NCBI GenBank assembly: GCA_046329785.1
Contig: JAXLTZ010000016.1
Coordinates: 599 to 64,598, forward strand
DNA length: 64,000 nt
Source: Chitinophagales bacterium
Lineage (GTDB): Bacteria; Bacteroidota; Bacteroidia; Chitinophagales; JADIYW01
Direction: 5' to 3'
Positions 45,633 to 54,400 of this stretch are shown one piece after another. The number at the start of each line of letters is the position of its first letter. The stretch's first letter is position 1. Position numbers and translations under genes: made by a program. The notes beneath the pieces are model-generated. The model was not told where the DNA came from. It ran no database searches and saw nothing but the letters and a program-made list of their open reading frames with translations.

Positions 45633-45668
45633 TTTTTTGTCCGGTTTTTTGTCCGGTTTTTTGTCCAA
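45633..45668. repeat. Three tandem 12-bp repeats TTTTTTGTCCGG (the last ends AA)
   Basis: Units at 45633-45644, 45645-45656 and 45657-45668. They are phased T6/A6 tracts. Confidence 0.85.
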
Positions 45669-45671
45669 TAA

Positions 45672-45699
45672 AAAATGCTGCGAGAAATCGCAGCATTTT
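45672..45699. terminator. Bidirectional rho-independent terminator
   Basis: AAAATGCTGCGA-GAAA-TCGCAGCATTTT, a perfect 12-bp stem whose outer A/T runs can serve both orientations. Confidence 0.7.
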
Positions 45700-45720
45700 A
45701 TGAATTGTTTTTAATTTTTA

Positions 45721-46068
45721 TTAGCATCGCCTAAAAGGCAAGCCGCCGGAACTATGCGTTAACGGTTTGATGGCTACTAGATTGTTTTTGCTTTGATTTA
45801 ATATTGGGTATAAGTTTAATGTATAATAAATTTGTTTGATACAATAATTACCGTAGTCCGCATCAGCAAACGCAATAACCTCGCGTTCCGGTTTAATCGT
45901 TAAAGTTTCGTAATGCGTAATTGTTGGAACAATCACCGCACTGGGCAGTTGTTTTTCGATAGTTATTTGCTGGACTTTACCAGGTGGTTGATCCTGTCCA
46001 TAACTAACGCCTGTTGATGCGGTCAATAAAGATCCGACAATCAAAAGGAATGCTAATTTTTTAAACAT
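45721..46068 (-). CDS. Secreted hypothetical protein
   Basis: Signal peptide MFKKLAFLLIVGSLLTASTGVSYGQ. Confidence 0.55.
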   Translation of the reverse strand: MFKKLAFLLIVGSLLTASTGVSYGQDQPPGKVQQITIEKQLPSAVIVPTITHYETLTIKPEREVIAFADADYGNYCIKQIYYTLNLYPILNQSKNNLVAIKPLTHSSGGLPFRRC

Positions 46069-46131
46069 AATACCAAAGTTAATAATTTTATCGTCTGTGA
46101 GTATAGAAATGCTATATTTAATATTTATTTG

Positions 46132-46770
46132 CTATTTTTTATTTTCGTTGTAACATTTAATGAAATCGACCACCGCCAAGAATGTAGCTTCAATAAGTGT
46201 ATCGGCTTTGAATAATTGATGTCCATTAAGTCGCACCATTATTTTACCGTCTGGTATTTCGGTATCAAAGCTGCTACTCGGATGAACATTTAACATACCG
46301 AACGTTCTCGGAAAACAGTAATCTACCGTTTCTACACCGTCACCGATTTTTAACCTGCATATTTTCTCTACAACAGGCATAAGTGCATTCCATGATGAAT
46401 CGTATTCTAAATCATCTACATCAATTGGCTTCTGATCGTCAAATAAAAACTCTGAATTTCTATTTACAAAATCAATTGTAATATCTCGCCAATTTTCACC
46501 TAAATCAAATTCGGCTATTAATATTTTGGCATTGTTAATTTCTTCCTGTGTCATAAATTCCACAAGAGATATAATGTCATAATCTTGTTTTCCATGATCG
46601 AAACCTGTGAATTGTTGTTCTGCACTAATAAGCATTATGTTTTCATCATAATCGCTAATCTCAACATTATTGAAACGTGTATCGATTCTTCTATATAGTT
46701 CATCGATTCTGTCTTTAGTTGTAGTTCCTTTGAAATTTTCGTCTGGAATTTCAATAATAAATTTTGCCAT
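46132..46770 (-). CDS. Hypothetical acidic protein
   Basis: 212-aa ORF. Confidence 0.55.
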   Translation of the reverse strand: MAKFIIEIPDENFKGTTTKDRIDELYRRIDTRFNNVEISDYDENIMLISAEQQFTGFDHGKQDYDIISLVEFMTQEEINNAKILIAEFDLGENWRDITIDFVNRNSEFLFDDQKPIDVDDLEYDSSWNALMPVVEKICRLKIGDGVETVDYCFPRTFGMLNVHPSSSFDTEIPDGKIMVRLNGHQLFKADTLIEATFLAVVDFIKCYNENKK

Positions 46771-46776
46771 TGTGTT

Positions 46777-47031
46777 CTATTTTTTTTTAGAATTTTTAGT
46801 TAATACATAATCAAATAAATTATTATCAGTTACGCATTTTTTAACGATTGGAAATTCATTGTTAGACTCATCATTTATCAATTTCATTAGTTCTAATGTA
46901 CTGACAATTTTAGTGCTAAACCCATCGGTAATTTTTACATGAAGTTCGCTTTCGTTTAAGACTTCACATTTTTCTACCTTACCATATTTTGTTAATAGTT
47001 CAGTCAGATTTTTGATTTTATTCTCGTTCAT
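46777..47031 (-). CDS. Hypothetical protein
   Basis: 84-aa ORF. Confidence 0.5.
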   Translation of the reverse strand: MNENKIKNLTELLTKYGKVEKCEVLNESELHVKITDGFSTKIVSTLELMKLINDESNNEFPIVKKCVTDNNLFDYVLTKNSKKK

Positions 47032-47123
47032 AACTCTGTTTTAAGTTTGTTTACAGCAGCCGAAAACCTCTAACGGCTGCTGTGCTCACAATGGGACATG
47101 AAAACCCTGCGGACTTGCAACCG

Positions 47124-47498
47124 CTAACCTTCCAATACTTTTATCGCTTCATTGATAGCATGAAATCTATCGTAGTTTAACGAATAGTAGATTTTTTTGC
47201 TTTCTCGCTCTGTTAACACTGCGCCAACTTCACGAAGTGATTTTAGGTGCTGGCTAGTGATACTTTGCTCAAGTTCCAGTGTTCTGTAAATTACATTTAC
47301 ATTCACTCGCTTTTCTTTCTCGATTAGTTTGATAATCTTTAATCGAACGTGATGAGCAACTGCTTTAAATAATTCTGCTGCAGCTTCGATTTTAGTTACG
47401 TTGATTTCTAACGAACCGGCAGGAATGATTTGACTGCCGCTTTTATTTTGTCCGTTTGTTTTTGCGCCTACTGCGCCTTTTTGTTGTGTTTTTGACAT
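47124..47498 (-). CDS. ArsR/SmtB-family HTH transcriptional regulator
   Basis: ELFKAVAHHVRLKIIKLIEKEKRVNVNVIYRTLELEQSITSQHLKSLREVGAVLTERESKKIYYSLN. Confidence 0.75.
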   Translation of the reverse strand: MSKTQQKGAVGAKTNGQNKSGSQIIPAGSLEINVTKIEAAAELFKAVAHHVRLKIIKLIEKEKRVNVNVIYRTLELEQSITSQHLKSLREVGAVLTERESKKIYYSLNYDRFHAINEAIKVLEG

Positions 47499-47550
47499 GA
47501 TTTTGATTTTATAATTAATAAATTGGTTTATTTTCTAAGCGTAGATGTTA

Positions 47551-48306
47551 TTAAACATTTTCTTCAATACCACAAATCCGGCAAACACTTTTTCCATCAT
47601 TGTCTGCATCAACATAGCTATGGTTGCAAACATCTTTTGGTGTGCCGTATTCGATTACATAACGATCAACAACATCCCAATTGATGCCGATAGTAGCATC
47701 ACGTTTAGCAATCATCATTTCGAGTGCTTCCTGTGCCTGTTCATCTGTCAAATCATAGTCAATTTCTTGAGCACGCTCTAGCATATCATATTTGCACCAG
47801 TGGTCAGATTCTTTTTTGTACTGCTCGAATTCCTTGCGCAATTCTGCGAGTTCTCGGCATGAGATTAATAGATACTTGTTTGCGGAAATTACTTTTTCCT
47901 TTTCTTCGCTTTGTAACGCTGCCATAAATTCAACCTTGCTTATTAGGTCTGGCTGTGAATTACTAATCGGATCTAAATTCTCAAATACTTTCTCGATTTC
48001 AGTTATAGAAAAATGTCGCTGCTTCTCGGTAGAATGGTTGTTGCTGACTGTTACTGTTTGATTGTTATTAAACTTCCCTTTATTAAAATCAATGATACCG
48101 AGTAAATAAGCATTCATTTCATCGTAACTTTTACAAGGTGTAAACGGCTTTTCAAATCCAGATTTAGTTTCTATGGCTATACAAAAAGGATTTCTTTTTT
48201 TAGTGGAGTGCTTAGTGCTTATAAAATACTTACTGTCTATTCCTGCAGTTCTTAAAGCGTTGTTTAGTGCTTCGGTCTGTTGTGGTATTGTTTGTGTGTT
48301 TTTCAT
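47551..48306 (-). CDS. Hypothetical protein with a C-terminal Cys pair motif
   Basis: 251-aa ORF ending ...CNHSYVDADNDGKSVCRICGIEE. Confidence 0.55.
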   Translation of the reverse strand: MKNTQTIPQQTEALNNALRTAGIDSKYFISTKHSTKKRNPFCIAIETKSGFEKPFTPCKSYDEMNAYLLGIIDFNKGKFNNNQTVTVSNNHSTEKQRHFSITEIEKVFENLDPISNSQPDLISKVEFMAALQSEEKEKVISANKYLLISCRELAELRKEFEQYKKESDHWCKYDMLERAQEIDYDLTDEQAQEALEMMIAKRDATIGINWDVVDRYVIEYGTPKDVCNHSYVDADNDGKSVCRICGIEENV

Positions 48307-48347
48307 GGTTGATATTTAATAGTTTTAGTTTTAAGTTTTTGATTTTA

Positions 48348-49853
48348 TTATTCTGCCGTTTTAAAAGTGAATAATACTTTTGCTTGTTGTCCTGCTGACT
48401 GTGCTTTCGTTTTAGCCGTTTTAGTTGTACGTCTGCCTGTGTTTCGTTTCTGGTAGTCGGTTTGTTCTTTGGCTTCAAATAATACATATCCTTTGATCTC
48501 TGCTACTTTTTTATTGAATAATTCCCAAACTTTTTCATCTTTAAATTCAAAGTGCATATTTCCATTTTTATAACCTTTGTATTTGAAAAAGTGGCTTGTG
48601 TACCATTCGCCGTAAGAATTTCTATTTATACTGTGGTTTACGGTGTTTGTAATTGCTGAATAGTTTTCACCAGTAATAAAACAAAGTGCTTTTTCAAAGT
48701 CTGGAATAATTCCATCATAACTACTTGTTAAATAACTATAAGTTTCTGAAGTATAGCCGTATTGTTTTGCTTCACTAATCATATTAGGCAAAATAAATTT
48801 CTTACCTACTAAAAAATGACTGTTTGTTTTCCATCCTTTCACATTATATCTATTATCGTGGTGGCGTTCTGTCACTCTGTCGAATACTTCAATAATTGCT
48901 TTGTTCATGCGCTGCTCTTGCGTACCTATCACTATTTCAAGCATTTTATAAATATTACGCATCGTAAATGGTATGTTTGTTTGTTGCTCAACAAATTTAT
49001 TTATATCTTCTCTTAGCCCTCTGGTTGTGTACTTTTCCATTTTCAAAAGATTAAAAATGTATTTCCATGCATCTTTTTGCAGTTCTTTTTTAAATTCAGT
49101 TCGTGTCTGATTTATTTCGTGTTCTGATGGCTCTTTATAGTTTTCGTTGTGATGAAATACACACGTTAAAGCGTTCATTTTTTGATCTATCATGTACTTT
49201 TCATCAAATAGTTTTACCGCTGCAACGTATCTATTCACCAGTTCTCTAACATTGTCGTGTTTTAAAATTCCATATCCTTGCGCTTCTTCCGGTTCGTCTT
49301 CTAAGAAAAAACCTTCAAATTCTGTATTATAACTTTCGCCTGGTTTTTGTATCCTTATCATTGATACGCTTACGCCTGTTTTACGTTCTGCAACCTCAAA
49401 ACATTGCCCTAAGTCTGTGATGTTTCCTTTTACTGCTTCAATAATACTTTTTAGCTCTTTTCTTGTTTGCGTTCCTGCGTTGTTTATTGTTTCGCTGTTA
49501 CATAGTGCTATAATTTTACAACCTTTCGGCGCAATATTGAAAGCGTGTAAAATATGTTTATCTGCGCTGCTAAATGGTGGATTCATTACGATATAGTCAA
49601 TATGGCTTATCTGGTGGCTTTCCACTTCTAAAAAATCGTTTCCGATAACTTTAGATTTACTTTGTAAAATCTTTCTTAAATCTTCGTTTTTTTCGCAAGA
49701 AAGAACACTTTTAGGGTTGTGCAGGTTTAAAAAATCTATTATGTCGCCTTTGCCTGCGCTCGGCTCTAAGAATGTTTTATTTTCGATTGTTACATCTTGC
49801 AACATCATTTCTATAACATTGTCTGGAGTTGGGAAAAATTCTTGATCAAACAT
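48348..49853 (-). CDS. N6-adenine DNA methyltransferase (gamma-class order) with a DUF4942-like C-terminal domain
   Basis: FLEPSAGKGDIIDFL (motif I) precedes IVMNPPFSSADKH (NPPF). A long C-terminal extension follows. Confidence 0.75.
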   Translation of the reverse strand: MFDQEFFPTPDNVIEMMLQDVTIENKTFLEPSAGKGDIIDFLNLHNPKSVLSCEKNEDLRKILQSKSKVIGNDFLEVESHQISHIDYIVMNPPFSSADKHILHAFNIAPKGCKIIALCNSETINNAGTQTRKELKSIIEAVKGNITDLGQCFEVAERKTGVSVSMIRIQKPGESYNTEFEGFFLEDEPEEAQGYGILKHDNVRELVNRYVAAVKLFDEKYMIDQKMNALTCVFHHNENYKEPSEHEINQTRTEFKKELQKDAWKYIFNLLKMEKYTTRGLREDINKFVEQQTNIPFTMRNIYKMLEIVIGTQEQRMNKAIIEVFDRVTERHHDNRYNVKGWKTNSHFLVGKKFILPNMISEAKQYGYTSETYSYLTSSYDGIIPDFEKALCFITGENYSAITNTVNHSINRNSYGEWYTSHFFKYKGYKNGNMHFEFKDEKVWELFNKKVAEIKGYVLFEAKEQTDYQKRNTGRRTTKTAKTKAQSAGQQAKVLFTFKTAE

Positions 49854-49911
49854 TTTTTTTAGTTTTTTATTTGGTAACTATATATTTATTCAACCTAATT
49901 TTCATTTTCGT

Positions 49912-50181
49912 CTATACTTTTTTGCGTGAAATTTTTGCAAGTGCTTTGTTAAATGAAATTCCAAAGTTGTTTTCTATGTCGGTTGCCATTTCTTTCAACA
50001 CTTCAATTAATTTTTCCTGTTCATTTTCTGTCAATTTATATTGCGGAAATTTAGGACTTAATTTCAGTTTTAACGTTGAATGCTTCATGTTGGCTTTAAA
50101 AGCTAAATGTACCTTGTTTAGCTTCCAACCATCTATTATGGTCAATAGATTCTGTAATTGCGTATTGTTTTCGTTGTTCAT
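49912..50181 (-). CDS. Hypothetical protein (start uncertain)
   Basis: The listed ORF overlaps the transposase 3' end by 86 nt. Met32 (nt 50088) would remove the overlap. Confidence 0.4.
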   Translation of the reverse strand: MNNENNTQLQNLLTIIDGWKLNKVHLAFKANMKHSTLKLKLSPKFPQYKLTENEQEKLIEVLKEMATDIENNFGISFNKALAKISRKKV

Positions 50182-51100
50182 TTTCTATCAATTTTTTATA
50201 CGGAAGTTGTGCGGAAATATTTCCTAACATAAAGTTAAATCGGTCACACTCGCTTAATTTTCGAGTGTTGTATCTAAATGAAAATTCATCTAAATAAAGT
50301 TGTAAATGTTTAGCTGACATGCTGTGATATATGCCTACTACACCTCTTTTTAACAGCGACCAATAACCCTCTAAAGTGTTGGTGTGGCAATCACCAACAA
50401 CATATTTTCTATCGTTGTGCTTAACAAATGAGTGTTCGTATAGCTTTTCTAAGCCACGATAGCCGTACCACTCGTCTGTGTGCAATGTTGCACCTTTTGC
50501 CACATTTTCTTTAACGAATTTGTGCAAATTAGTTTGTGATGTATTTGTGATTTTCTTAGCACGAATTTCGCCGCCACGTTCAACTAATCCTGCAACTGCT
50601 GTTTTCGTTTTTAAAGAACGTCCTTGATTTCCATCCGTTCTTTTAGATGCGTGTTTGTTCTTTTCCTCACCGCCAATAAATGTTTCATCAGCCTCAACAA
50701 CACCTGTTAACTTGCCATTGTCCATGCCTAATGTGTGGCGTATTCGGTGCAATAAATACCAAGCTGTTTTTTGTGTCACACCTAAATCACGATGTAATTG
50801 TAAAGATGAAATTCCTTTTTTGTGTGATGTGATTAGGTAAATTCCTGCGAACCATTTTTGCAATGGTATTTTGCTATCTTCAAAAATAGTTCCAACACGC
50901 ACGCTATATTGACGTTTACATTTATCACATTTGTAAACTTTTCCGTTGTTGTATTTGAAAATTTTGTTGTGTCCACAATCTTCATAAGGACATTCTAAAT
51001 TTCCGTTCCAACGAACTAATTCTAAATAATCACGACAAACTTGCTCGTCTTTAAAATAGGCGAGCAAGTCAAGAAGTGTTTTAAATTTTTGTAAGTCCAT
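50096..51100 (-). CDS. IS1595/ISXO2-like DDE transposase homologue
   Basis: N-terminal zinc ribbon (CPYEDCGHNKIF...KCDKCKRQYSVRVGTIFEDSKIPLQKWF), then HKKGISSLQLHRDLGVTQKTAWYLLHRIR and VVEADETFIGG. Confidence 0.8.
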   Translation of the reverse strand: MDLQKFKTLLDLLAYFKDEQVCRDYLELVRWNGNLECPYEDCGHNKIFKYNNGKVYKCDKCKRQYSVRVGTIFEDSKIPLQKWFAGIYLITSHKKGISSLQLHRDLGVTQKTAWYLLHRIRHTLGMDNGKLTGVVEADETFIGGEEKNKHASKRTDGNQGRSLKTKTAVAGLVERGGEIRAKKITNTSQTNLHKFVKENVAKGATLHTDEWYGYRGLEKLYEHSFVKHNDRKYVVGDCHTNTLEGYWSLLKRGVVGIYHSMSAKHLQLYLDEFSFRYNTRKLSECDRFNFMLGNISAQLPYKKLIENEQRKQYAITESIDHNRWLEAKQGTFSF

Positions 51101-51270
51101 TAATTATATTCTTCCATTCTATAATATAGTTTTTCGTAACCATAACCAGCGTTTTCGCTGATTACAAACTCACGTGCTTCATCTTCGGTATCAAAGTTCA
51201 TTAAACATTCGCCGTCTTCATAAATGTCTTCTTTGTCGTAAACCGCAAAGTAAAATTTTTGTTTTTCCAC
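51100..51270 (-). CDS. Small acidic hypothetical ORF (56 aa, GTG start)
   Basis: My manual translation is (V)EKQKFYFAVYDKEDIYEDGECLMNFDTEDEAREFVISENAGYGYEKLYYRMEEYN. Its TAA overlaps the transposase ATG (TAATG). Confidence 0.35.
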   Translation of the reverse strand: MEKQKFYFAVYDKEDIYEDGECLMNFDTEDEAREFVISENAGYGYEKLYYRMEEYN

Positions 51271-51295
51271 TTTTTATTATTTTTAAAGTTTATAA

Positions 51296-51556
51296 TTATT
51301 TACTAAAATATTCTTGTAATTGTGCAGGCAATCCCTCAGCATCTTTATCTACGCTTTTTAATCCTAAAACATAAGCAATATGTTTTGCAGTTATCTTCCA
51401 ATCAATTTCTTTTTTATAAAACCACTCAACAACTTCGATTTCTTCATTCGTAACTGTTGCTAATGATTTCGGAATCCAAAATATTTTTTGCCAATATTCT
51501 ATTTGAATTGCTTTATCAGTTTCTTTTATAAATTTTGCATTTTTTAAAGTTGCCAT
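51296..51556 (-). CDS. Hypothetical protein
   Basis: 86-aa ORF. Confidence 0.5.
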   Translation of the reverse strand: MATLKNAKFIKETDKAIQIEYWQKIFWIPKSLATVTNEEIEVVEWFYKKEIDWKITAKHIAYVLGLKSVDKDAEGLPAQLQEYFSK

Positions 51557-51644
51557 TTTGTGTTAATTTTGATAGTGTAAATATACAACTAAATAGTTTT
51601 AAATCCAAATAGTTTTATAATTATTTTTGCTTTTATTACAATTT

Positions 51645-51660
51645 CTTGATTTAAATCAAG
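51645..51660. promoter_or_regulatory. Perfect 16-bp palindrome CTTGATTTAAATCAAG
   Basis: It lies in the 113-nt gap between the membrane-protein pair and the next leftward gene. It could be an operator or a hairpin. Confidence 0.4.
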
Positions 51661-51669
51661 GATTTTAGG

Positions 51670-52245
51670 TTAAATAGGTATATAGTTACCTAAATTATTT
51701 GCGATAGACTCAAACTGTCCTTTTGCTTGGTCAATATCTGTAACATTAATCATCAACTTATCTTTTGTGTTTTGCTTCAATTTTGAAAAGCCAACGAATG
51801 ATTGCCAAATAGTCTGCAAAACAAATTTATCATTTTCTATTTGCTTCGGATTGTTAATTGTGTCAATAATCCGTCTTGACAAATCGGGAATAACAATTAA
51901 ATTAATGCTCGTAGGAGCTGGCGGTAGCCAGCTTATACAAGTTTTAACTTCTTCATCTGTTAAGTTGAAAGAATTCAATTTGTTTCTAACAGCAGTTTGA
52001 AATTCTAATGAAACGATTTTATTTCCATCTTCTGCGGTTTCTAACAAGTCAAATTTGTAGCGTTCAAACACACTTTTAACATCATTTGGATTTGAACAAA
52101 CTTGAATTTGGTCAATGGCTTTGCTTTGAGTTGAAGGTCGTGTTATTAAGAAAATGAAAACGATAAAGAATAATAGAAATCCTAGTAGTATATATAAAGG
52201 CTTTTTATCTTTTTTCTTTTTTTGTCTTTGTTTAGACTGCTCCAT
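51670..52245 (-). CDS. N-terminally membrane-anchored protein of unknown function
   Basis: A basic N-terminus is followed by the TM helix PLYILLGFLLFFIVFIFLI and a roughly 150-aa soluble domain. Confidence 0.6.
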   Translation of the reverse strand: MEQSKQRQKKKKDKKPLYILLGFLLFFIVFIFLITRPSTQSKAIDQIQVCSNPNDVKSVFERYKFDLLETAEDGNKIVSLEFQTAVRNKLNSFNLTDEEVKTCISWLPPAPTSINLIVIPDLSRRIIDTINNPKQIENDKFVLQTIWQSFVGFSKLKQNTKDKLMINVTDIDQAKGQFESIANNLGNYIPI

Positions 52246-52249
52246 AATT

Positions 52250-53368
52250 TTATTTTTCGGTATTTAGGGATTGGATTTTAATGTTAAGCCATTTTTCGGA
52301 AACTTTGATTGCATCTCCATTAAGTGTATTTGCTGTTTTGACGTCAAAATTACCAAGTGAGTATGCTTGCCAGCCGCCCATGAATTCACCGACTGAACCT
52401 TTTAACGATGCAACATTAACAGGGATTACACCATTTTGATAGCCAATAATATCCTCTTCTTTTTCGATTATTTTATTGTCACAATTTATTATGTCGCTTT
52501 CTAATTTGTTAATTTTTGAAATAATTTCATTCAATTCTTTCCTTTTTTCCACAATCTTATTATTGATGTTTTCAATCATTAGTTTCACTTTTTCGCTTTC
52601 GGTTTTTAGATAAGTATGGCTTAAAACAAAATGAAGCAAGAAGCCCCAAATCACATAAACAACAAATCCAAGAACTAATACTAAATAGAAATTAATGTCA
52701 GTAAAAATCATTGAGGTTTTCCATGTTTCGTCTGTTAAGCCTGCATTGAATTCATTAGTGTGTACACCTTGGGATATTTTATAACCAATGAACGCATCTG
52801 CAATGAGTGTTATAAAAAGTAGTGACAGAATTACGCCATATTTTTTAGGTTTGTTGGCAGAGGTTAATTTTTTATTTGTTTCTAATGCATCATGAATTAA
52901 AAATCCAAGTCCCAAAAATATTACTGGAAACAATATGATTAAAGCAATTACACCGCCACCTCTATTCATAGCGTCTGCAAAAACATTTGGATTTATAAAG
53001 CCTAAACTGCCAGGTTTGATACCATAAAAAGCAGAATAGCCAGAAGAAGAATAAAATACAAAAAGGTATAAGGTTAGTAGCAAAGTAATAAATGCTCCTA
53101 TTACGAAAGGTATCGTATCGCCAGTTTCTCCGTCACCATTTCTAATATCAATTTTTTCAAGTTCAAGTTCTTGAATTTCCTTCTCCTTTTCGTCTTTGTT
53201 GGATTTTGTAGAAGATAGTTCTGCATTTGCTGAATTCTTTTTTTCTTTTTCCTGTTGAACCTCTGCTTTCAGTTTTGCAATTCTGTCTTTTAAGCCTTTT
53301 TCAATAAGATTTTTAAATCTATATTCTAAAAGCTGTAATCTATCGGATTTTTTATTTAATCTTTGCAT
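52250..53368 (-). CDS. Polytopic membrane protein flanked by coiled coils, function unknown
   Basis: An N-terminal K/E coiled coil is followed by about four hydrophobic helices (IPFVIGAFITLLLTLYLFVFY, GVIALIILFPVIFLGLGFLI, YGVILSLLFITLIADAFIGY, INFYLVLVLGFVVYVIWGFLLHFVL) and a C-terminal coiled coil. Confidence 0.65.
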   Translation of the reverse strand: MQRLNKKSDRLQLLEYRFKNLIEKGLKDRIAKLKAEVQQEKEKKNSANAELSSTKSNKDEKEKEIQELELEKIDIRNGDGETGDTIPFVIGAFITLLLTLYLFVFYSSSGYSAFYGIKPGSLGFINPNVFADAMNRGGGVIALIILFPVIFLGLGFLIHDALETNKKLTSANKPKKYGVILSLLFITLIADAFIGYKISQGVHTNEFNAGLTDETWKTSMIFTDINFYLVLVLGFVVYVIWGFLLHFVLSHTYLKTESEKVKLMIENINNKIVEKRKELNEIISKINKLESDIINCDNKIIEKEEDIIGYQNGVIPVNVASLKGSVGEFMGGWQAYSLGNFDVKTANTLNGDAIKVSEKWLNIKIQSLNTEK

Positions 53369-53430
53369 TTTATTAGATTTAGTTGTTAGACCTATTTGTT
53401 CGTCAATTCAAGGTTGCCACCTTGTTTATG

Positions 53431-53766
53431 TTATTTTGTTGCTTTATCTATTGCTTCTTTTATTTGTATCATTGTTGCGCTTTCTGCGTTCCAATAACCT
53501 CTCTCAGCTAAGAATTGAAGTGATTTTCTTGCTTCTTTTAATGCTTCTAATAAATCAGGTGCAGCAGCTATTAGTTTTGCATTCGCTTCGTGCTCTTCAA
53601 ATGATACTCTATAAGCATCATTTAAATGCAAGCTGCATATTCTTTTACCTCTCTGCGCATCAGCCATTATGCTAAATGATTCTATTGTTTTGTGAAACAC
53701 ATATACCCATCCTGTTCCATCGCCTTGTGTGTGTGTTGTTTCGGTGTTTTTTACTAAATTTGTCAT
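53431..53766 (-). CDS. Hypothetical early protein
   Basis: 111-aa ORF containing ANAKLIAAAPDLLEALKEA, a motif I recall from many uncharacterised small phage proteins. Confidence 0.55.
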   Translation of the reverse strand: MTNLVKNTETTHTQGDGTGWVYVFHKTIESFSIMADAQRGKRICSLHLNDAYRVSFEEHEANAKLIAAAPDLLEALKEARKSLQFLAERGYWNAESATMIQIKEAIDKATK

Positions 53767-53811
53767 GATAATAGATTTAAGTAGTTAAGAGGATTTAATT
53801 TTATTGTCGCT

Positions 53812-53841
53812 GGCGTGTTGTTCGAGCAATGCGCCTTTTTT
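53812..53841 (+). terminator. Plus-oriented intrinsic-terminator-like hairpin inside the leftward operon
   Basis: GGCGTGTTG-ttcgag-CAATGCGCC (two G-T wobbles) followed by TTTTTT on the plus strand. The minus-strand side has no U-run. Confidence 0.35.
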
Positions 53842-53844
53842 ATT

Positions 53845-54066
53845 TTATGTTGTAGCTTTTATTTCTGGAAGAAAGCCGACTTCTATACCAATTGAAATAC
53901 CTTTTTCTAAGTATTTGTTTAAATCTTCGTATGATTCAATTGCGCTTTCTGTGTTATCGCCGTGTAAGGCGTAAAGCTGAAATAAACCAGAATTATAAAT
54001 TTCTTTTGCTTTGTCTGTGACATCCATAAAAATAAATTTGTCACTTATCCATGTTCTGTTGCTCAT
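53845..54066 (-). CDS. Hypothetical early protein (first gene of the leftward block)
   Basis: 73-aa ORF next to the divergent control region. Confidence 0.5.
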   Translation of the reverse strand: MSNRTWISDKFIFMDVTDKAKEIYNSGLFQLYALHGDNTESAIESYEDLNKYLEKGISIGIEVGFLPEIKATT

Positions 54067-54359
54067 TGTTGTAATTTTATTTTATGATCAATCGCTTTAT
54101 GTGTATCAATTATTTGATAGTACAAATATAGATAAACTATACTAAATATACAAATGCTATTCTACTATTTAACATATCTAATCTATCTAATATTTGAAAA
54201 CGCTAATAAATACTATATGTTTGGCTTATTTAGAATCTGTATAAATTACATAATTACCTAAAATTAGGTAGTATAGCAATGCTATATCTGACATAGAAAA
54301 CAAATACAATTCGTATCTTTACAACATGAGCAGTAATATGTATTAATTATTAAAATGTA

Positions 54360-54398
54360 CGACCGCCATCGTACAAGGTGTCGACCGCCATCGTACAA
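54360..54398. repeat. Two perfect 17-bp direct repeats CGACCGCCATCGTACAA with a 22-bp period
   Basis: Copies lie at 54360-54376 and 54382-54398. The first sits inside the palindrome GTACGA-CCGCCA-TCGTAC. They are GC-rich relative to their surroundings and end 3 nt before the TTG start at 54401. Confidence 0.85.
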
Positions 54399-54400
54399 CT

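Noticed and set aside
48230-48487. 85-aa minus-strand ORF bridging the 47551..48306 and 48348..49853 genes.
   Set aside because: It overlaps both better-supported genes out of frame, and its translation is K/N/Q-rich low complexity.
50000-51200. A discrete IS element with terminal inverted repeats around the IS1595-type transposase.
   Set aside because: The flanking sequence is occupied by overlapping or abutting ORFs. I found no matching inverted repeats or target duplication within about 100 nt of either end.
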